From Candidatus Eiseniibacteriota bacterium (GTDB taxonomy: Bacteria; Eisenbacteria; RBG-16-71-46; CAVPCR01), in the NCBI GenBank assembly GCA_963702435.1, contig CAVPCR010000001.1:256001-320000 (forward strand): a stretch of DNA of 64,000 bases, given 5' to 3'. Below are positions 60,001-64,000 of this stretch, one piece after another. The translations under genes and the position numbers were made by a program. The first letter of the stretch is position 1. Each line of letters opens with the position of its first letter. The notes beneath the pieces are model-generated. The model searched no databases, was not told the DNA's origin, and saw only the letters and a list, made by a program, of their open reading frames with translations.

Positions 60001-61397
60001 ACGGCTTCTCCGACGTGATCGTGGGGGCGTATCTCTACGACAATGGCCAGTCGAACGAGGGGCGCGCCTTCGTCTACCACGGCTCGGCGTCCGGACTCGC
60101 GGCGACTCCGGCGTGGACCGGGGAGTCGAACCAGGCAGTCGCGGACTTCGGCTTCTCGGTGGCGAGCGCCGGCGACGTGAACGGCGACGGGTTCTCCGAC
60201 GTCATCGTCGGGGCCGAAGCCTATGACAACGGCGAGAGCGAGGAGGGCCGCGCCTTCGTCTACCACGGCTCTCCCACGGGGCTCGCGACGGCGCCGGCGT
60301 GGACCGGCGAGTCGAACCAGTCCGGCGCCCAGTTCGGCTTCTCGGTCAGCACGGCCGGCGACGTGAACGCCGACGGCTTCTCCGATGTGGTCGTCGGAGC
60401 CGTCTTCTACACGAACAACGAGTCCTTCGAAGGCGGGGCTTCCATCTACCACGGCTCGGCCGCCGGGCTCGCCGCCGCGCCCGCCGTGACGGTGGAGCCG
60501 GACTGGGCGAACGCGTGGTTCGGCTACGCGGTGGCGCTCCTCGGTGACGTGAACGGCGACGGCTTCTCCGACGTCCTGATCGGCGCCCCCTACTATGACT
60601 CGCGCGGTCTGCCCGAGAACGGGTGGGCCTTCGCCTATCTCGGCAACGGCCCCGGCCCCAACAGCGCCGGCGGGAGCTACAACTCCGGCCGCGACCGGAT
60701 CGCGCGCCAGGCACGCTCGGACGACTCGGCGCCGATCGCGCTCCTCGGGCGATCGAACTTCCAGAACGCGTTTCTCCTCAAGGCTCTCGGCCGCACGCCC
60801 GCCGGGCGCGGCCGCGTCTGGTTCGAGTACGAGGTGGAGCGACTCGGCGTGCCGTTCGACGGCCAGAACCTCGGGCGGAGCGTGGACCTCGACACCGGAG
60901 CGCCCTCCCAGATCGCCGGGAGCGCCGTGCCGCTCAGCGAGGCGGTGCTCGGCCTCACCGACAACACGCCCTACCGCTGGCGGCTTCGGCTCCGCTCCGA
61001 TTCGCCGTTCTTCCCGGGCTCGCCGTGGCTCACGATGCCGGGGAACGGCGCCAGCGAGACCGATCTCCGCACCAGGGGCAATCGCATCGGAGTCGAGGAA
61101 GCCGGCGCCCCGGAGGCGAGACCTCTCCTCCTCGAGCCGATCCATCCCAATCCGTTCGTCGCGCCCGGCGAGATCGCGTACGCGCTGCCGGCTGCGGCGG
61201 CAGTGCGCCTCGCGATCTACGACGTGCAGGGACGAGCGCGAGCGGTCCTCGCCGACGGGGTCGCAGCGACCGGCCGGCATGTCGTGCGCTGGGATGGACG
61301 CGCCGCCGCGGGCGGACGGCTCGAAGCGGGCATCTACTTCGTCCGTCTCGCGGTCGGCGAGCGGGTCGAGACCCGGAAGCTCCTGCTCGCGCCGTGA
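57093..61397 (+). CDS. Secreted FG-GAP (integrin-alpha-like) repeat protein, 14 repeats, with FlgD-Ig/T9SS-like CTD
   Basis: AAGGA RBS; 14 GDVNxDGxxD repeats counted; PNPF...WDGR...GIYFVRL...RKLLLAP. Confidence 0.92.
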   Translation: MKIAISTVRLRGTMVTADAARVIVATCAPRATCAPRATRPPRATRAPRATRAPRAARAPRATRAPRATRAPRATRAPRATRAPRATRAASVARAATAVALLASALVIAFALPALARPAADRISSRAGADGGWWQSIARNMAAAEYRAAPGPTGLEARNRAQNLRTLFQDSEIAISPREDAATAAWRVAWRLTRVGRPGAMTAAGPAAPSTDGTRIDYRRAGLVEWYENRPEGVKQGFDMLAAPAGAGPLHLEGELASDLLPVFRAEDDVIDFFDADGACVFSYSGLEVWDATGRPLPAALLFTGTALLIRVDDRDATYPVTVDPLMTSPAWTREGNQLGAGFGVSVATAGDVNRDGYSDVIVGAQYYDNGEANEGRAFLYLGSPTGLATTPSWTAESNQADSRLGCSVATAGDVNGDGHADVIVGASQWDNGQNEEGRAYVYLGTAAGLAPTPAWTAEPNLATAYFGSAVATAGDVNGDGYSDVIVGAPIHNGQAGFASVYLGSAAGIAATPAWTGNSGQGGSWYGGSVATAGDVNGDGYSDVIVGADSYDNGQTNEGRAFLYLGSATGLPNLSAWKAESNVTGAHFGGSVAGAGDVNGDGFADVVVGAGQYGNGQSLEGAAFLYLGSAGGLATTASWTVESNQIGAHLGDKVAAAGDVNGDGYADVIVGAPEYDNGQTDEGKVFVYLGGSGGLPTIHTWTAEPDQADAKYGSSAATAGDVNGDGFSDVIVGADRYDNGEDGEGRAFVYHGSGGTTSDRPRLFMSSPQANSFLGGAVAGAGDVNGDGYGDFVCGAANYDNGQTDEGGAFIYVGEPDDASLQRIVEPNQADAHFGWAAAGAGDVNGDGFTDVIVGAPDYDNGQSNEGRAYVYLGSATGIAATPAWTAEPNQAEAHFGWSVASAGDVNGDGYADVIVGAYQFDNGTEDEGRAFVYHGSATGLATTPAWTGESNQQIASFGYSVASAGDVNGDGFSDVIVGAYLYDNGQSNEGRAFVYHGSASGLAATPAWTGESNQAVADFGFSVASAGDVNGDGFSDVIVGAEAYDNGESEEGRAFVYHGSPTGLATAPAWTGESNQSGAQFGFSVSTAGDVNADGFSDVVVGAVFYTNNESFEGGASIYHGSAAGLAAAPAVTVEPDWANAWFGYAVALLGDVNGDGFSDVLIGAPYYDSRGLPENGWAFAYLGNGPGPNSAGGSYNSGRDRIARQARSDDSAPIALLGRSNFQNAFLLKALGRTPAGRGRVWFEYEVERLGVPFDGQNLGRSVDLDTGAPSQIAGSAVPLSEAVLGLTDNTPYRWRLRLRSDSPFFPGSPWLTMPGNGASETDLRTRGNRIGVEEAGAPEARPLLLEPIHPNPFVAPGEIAYALPAAAAVRLAIYDVQGRARAVLADGVAATGRHVVRWDGRAAAGGRLEAGIYFVRLAVGERVETRKLLLAP
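57165..57355 (+). repeat. 18-bp in-frame tandem repeat, about 10.5 copies (ATRAPR)
   Basis: GCCACCCGCGCCCCGCGY units from 57165, immediately before the hydrophobic signal helix. Confidence 0.95.
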
Positions 61398-61730
61398 CGA
61401 GGCGCGCCATGACGAAGGGATCGCGAGATCCTGCCAGACTTGGTTCCCAGGAGGTTCACATGGGGCTTGCACCCGCCGTCACCACAACCAACATCGGACT
61501 GGCGGTCGTTGCCGGAATGGCGTTCCGGTGAAGGAATCGACCGTGTCGATCTTGAACTCCCGGAGGGCGACCATGCGAGTCCGGGTTTCTATTCGAGGGC
61601 AAGCTTTGTCGAGTATCTGGGAGTGTTGAGGTAGAGACGCGCGCCGACCGGCGCTTGCTTCGTCCGGCCGACTCGCTGCCTGTCACGTGGCTGTGGAGAA
61701 GATCGCCATCCTCCGTTGCACGCAGACTGC

Positions 61731-63281
61731 TCACTCCGCAGTCGGCTTCATCCGCTCGAGCCCGCGATACTGGAGCGCCTCGGCGAGATGATCCTCGCCG
61801 ATCTCACCGACGCCGGCGAGATCGGCGATCGTGCGGGCCACCTTGAGGGTCCGATCGAGCGAGCGCGCGGTGAGCGCGAGCTTCTCGGCGGCAAGCCGCA
61901 GGAGCGAAAGTGCCGGCCCGCGCACGACGCAGTGCGTGCGCACGAGCGCCGGACCGAGATCGGCGTTCGCGTACACACCCGTCGTGCCGGCGAAGCGCTC
62001 CGCGGCGCGGCGGCGGGCGGCCAAGACGCGGCTCCGCACCGCAGCGCTCGTCCACTCCCCTCCTGGCGCTGCGCCCGCGAGCAGATGATCGGGCTCGACG
62101 CGCCCCACGTCGATGTGCAGATCGATCCGATCAAGGAGCGGTCCGGAGAGGCGCCCGAGATAGCTCAGCACGGCCTGATCGCTGCAACGGCACGGGACGC
62201 GCGGGTCGCCTCGCCACCCGCACATGCAGGGATTGCTCGCCGCGACGAGCGTGAACCGCGCCGGGAAGGTGACCGCACCCGCGACGCGCACGATCGTGAC
62301 CTGGCCCTCCTCGAGAGGCTGGCGCAGCACCTCGAGCGCCGAGCGGCGGAACTCGGGGAGCTCATCCAGGAACAGCACGCCATGATGGGCGAGACTCACC
62401 TCGCCCGGCTTGAGCGGCTGCCCGCCGCCGACGAGTCCCGCGGTCGAAATCGTGTGATGCGGGGCGCGAAAGGGACGCTCGGCGAGGAGCCCCTCGCCGG
62501 CCGGGAGGAGGCCCGCGACCGACGCGATCTTGGTCGCCGCCACCGCCTCGGCGCGCGCGAGCGGCGGCAGGATGCCGGGGAGGCGCCGCGCGAGCATCGT
62601 CTTCCCGCCGCCGGGCGGGCCGATGAAGAGAAGATTGTGTCCGCCGGCGGCCGCGACCTCGAGCGCGCGCTTCGCGCGCTCCTGTCCCAGCACGTCGGCC
62701 AGGTCGAGGCGCGGGCCCGGGATCTCGGCCGGCGTGCCCGGTGCCGTCGCCGCCGGCTCGCCGGGGGTGCCGAGCTCGCCAAGAAGCCGCGCCGCCTCGT
62801 CGAGACGGCGCACGCCGTGCACGCGGAGATCCTCGACATGGGCGGCCTCACCGGCGTTGGAACTCGGCACGAGGAGCCGCCGCACGCCGGCCGTGCGCAC
62901 GGCCGTACCGAGACAGAGCGCACCGCGGATCGGCTTCACCGAGCCGTCGAGCGAGAGCTCCCCGGCCGCCGCGAAGTCCATGTCGGCGGGCTGGCGGAGC
63001 TGCCCGCTCGCGATGAGGATGCCGATCGCAATCGGCAGATCGAAGGCGGCGCCCTCCTTGCGCACGCCGGCCGGCGCGAGATTGATCGTCAGCCGGCGCG
63101 TCGGGTACGTGAAGCCGAGATTGCGGATCGCGGACGAGATGCGCTCGCGGCTCTCGCGCACGGCCGCGTCGGGGAGTCCGACGACCTGGTACTGCGGCAG
63201 CCCGTCGGCGGCGTCCACCTCGACCCGCACGAGGTGGCCGTCGACGCCGTGCAGCGCCGCGGACAGAACGGTGGCAAGCAG
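61731..63281 (-). CDS. comM: YifB/ComM Mg-chelatase-like AAA+ ATPase, CTG start
   Basis: VGLPDAAVRESRER, INLAPA, FDLPIA, GPPGGGKT, PFRAPHH, LFLDELPEF, SGPLLDRID. The conserved N-terminus (M)LATVLSAALHG begins at CTG 63281, 6 nt after GGAGG. Confidence 0.95.
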   Translation of the reverse strand: MLATVLSAALHGVDGHLVRVEVDAADGLPQYQVVGLPDAAVRESRERISSAIRNLGFTYPTRRLTINLAPAGVRKEGAAFDLPIAIGILIASGQLRQPADMDFAAAGELSLDGSVKPIRGALCLGTAVRTAGVRRLLVPSSNAGEAAHVEDLRVHGVRRLDEAARLLGELGTPGEPAATAPGTPAEIPGPRLDLADVLGQERAKRALEVAAAGGHNLLFIGPPGGGKTMLARRLPGILPPLARAEAVAATKIASVAGLLPAGEGLLAERPFRAPHHTISTAGLVGGGQPLKPGEVSLAHHGVLFLDELPEFRRSALEVLRQPLEEGQVTIVRVAGAVTFPARFTLVAASNPCMCGWRGDPRVPCRCSDQAVLSYLGRLSGPLLDRIDLHIDVGRVEPDHLLAGAAPGGEWTSAAVRSRVLAARRRAAERFAGTTGVYANADLGPALVRTHCVVRGPALSLLRLAAEKLALTARSLDRTLKVARTIADLAGVGEIGEDHLAEALQYRGLERMKPTAE

Positions 63282-63319
63282 GAAGCACCTCCCCTGGCGG
63301 GATCGATCGCGCGGGGCGC

Positions 63320-63394
63320 GCCCGTGCTGCGGACGCCGGTGCTGTCCGCGCCCGTGCTGCGGAAGCCGGTGCTGTCCACGCCCGTGCTGCCGAC
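63320..63394. repeat. 15-bp tandem repeat, 5 copies, with alternating (30-bp) higher-order structure
   Basis: GCCCGTGCTGCGGAC / GCCGGTGCTGTCCGC / GCCCGTGCTGCGGAA / GCCGGTGCTGTCCAC / GCCCGTGCTGCCGAC. Confidence 0.9.
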
Positions 63395-63529
63395 GCCGTG
63401 GTCACCACTGCCGACTTCGTCACCACGTCGTCGGCGCGGCGCAGCTCGAGCCGCACGCCGGCGGCCGCCGCGCGGCGCCCCGTCACCGGCGCATCGCACG
63501 AAGCGGGCCAGCAGGCACCACTTTTCCTC

Positions 63530-63559
63530 TTGTCAGACGCCACCGGCCCGTGCTATAAA
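63530..63559 (+). promoter_or_regulatory. Sigma70 promoter
   Basis: TTGTCA (63530)-N18-TG-extended TATAAA (63554), preceded by a T-rich tract. Confidence 0.7.
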
Positions 63560-63563
63560 TAGA

Positions 63564-64000
63564 GTCGCGAAGTTGGAAAAGGGGCACCCAGCCCCGTCCA
63601 CCGGACACGGAGGATCGCCTAGTCCCACCTTGCTAAAGCCGACCGCAGGTAGCGTGCTCAGAATCTCTGAAGCCACGAACCCAACTTGAGACGGCCTATT
63701 CCACTTCGTTAAGGACGGTCCGAAAAACCTAGCCTGATCTGCGCCGGGCTCGATGCGCGCCACGGCCCCGTGAATGACATGGTCAACGGGGCGAGGGGAG
63801 ATTTTCGTGCCCGACGGCCGGGAGATCGCTGTGCCTGCCGGGCGAAAACTCATCGCACCGGCGGCCGCCGGTGCCCCGTGCAGGTCAGATCGGCCCACGA
63901 CGAGAGACGAGGCTTGCGCAGGTATTGGCGGGAGGCCGCCACTTATGACGCGCGCGGGCGCGGCAGCGCAACCTCGAGGTCGGACCAACGGTGGTGTGGG
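63564..64000 (+). ncRNA. Unclassified highly structured RNA or long leader, may continue past the window
   Basis: Starts at the predicted TSS; several nested and long-range helices; lower GC than the coding DNA; no convincing ORF. Confidence 0.55.

Noticed and set aside
37118..63394. CRISPR or other guide arrays at the short repeats (37118, 52641, 55935, 57165, 63320)
   Set aside because: Units are contiguous or in-frame coding duplications without unique spacers, and there are no cas genes.
63560..64000. RNase P RNA, tmRNA, rRNA leader or group II intron 5' end
   Set aside because: No GAGGAAAGTCC, no tRNA-like 5' end or tag frame, no boxA, and no GUGYG at the predicted start; only weak local resemblance to group II domain I.

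Overview
Very GC-rich DNA from a diderm bacterium. Many secreted proteins end in an FlgD-Ig/T9SS-type-A-like C-terminal domain (CTD), which suggests an FCB-superphylum lineage such as Ca. Eisenbacteria, Krumholzibacteriota or Latescibacterota (inference only). Left end: an L,D-transpeptidase, a membrane protein, a PP2C phosphatase and a tRNA-Gln/tRNA-Glu pair. About 29 kb (5.8-34.9 kb, minus strand) is a tandem array of six ~1600-1740 aa gingipain-like genes: C25 peptidase, Ig-like domains, FN3, FG-GAP propeller, CTD. They follow a near-consensus sigma70 promoter and run into an sxtJ/sxtI/sxtK/SGNH-like carbamoyltransferase module; two copies carry single-base frameshifts. Next come etfA/etfB, a short LeuA-family enzyme, a PQQ-like propeller protein with CTD, a TPR protein, a GlmU-like protein and a run of 14 small co-oriented accessory genes. 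The right part holds a DUF222-like HNH endonuclease with a four-hairpin leader, a SUFU protein, an ECF sigma factor with an apparently kinase-less partner, a 14-repeat FG-GAP protein with CTD, and comM/yifB with a CTG start. At the right edge is a promoter-driven, highly structured non-coding stretch that I could not assign to a known RNA family.
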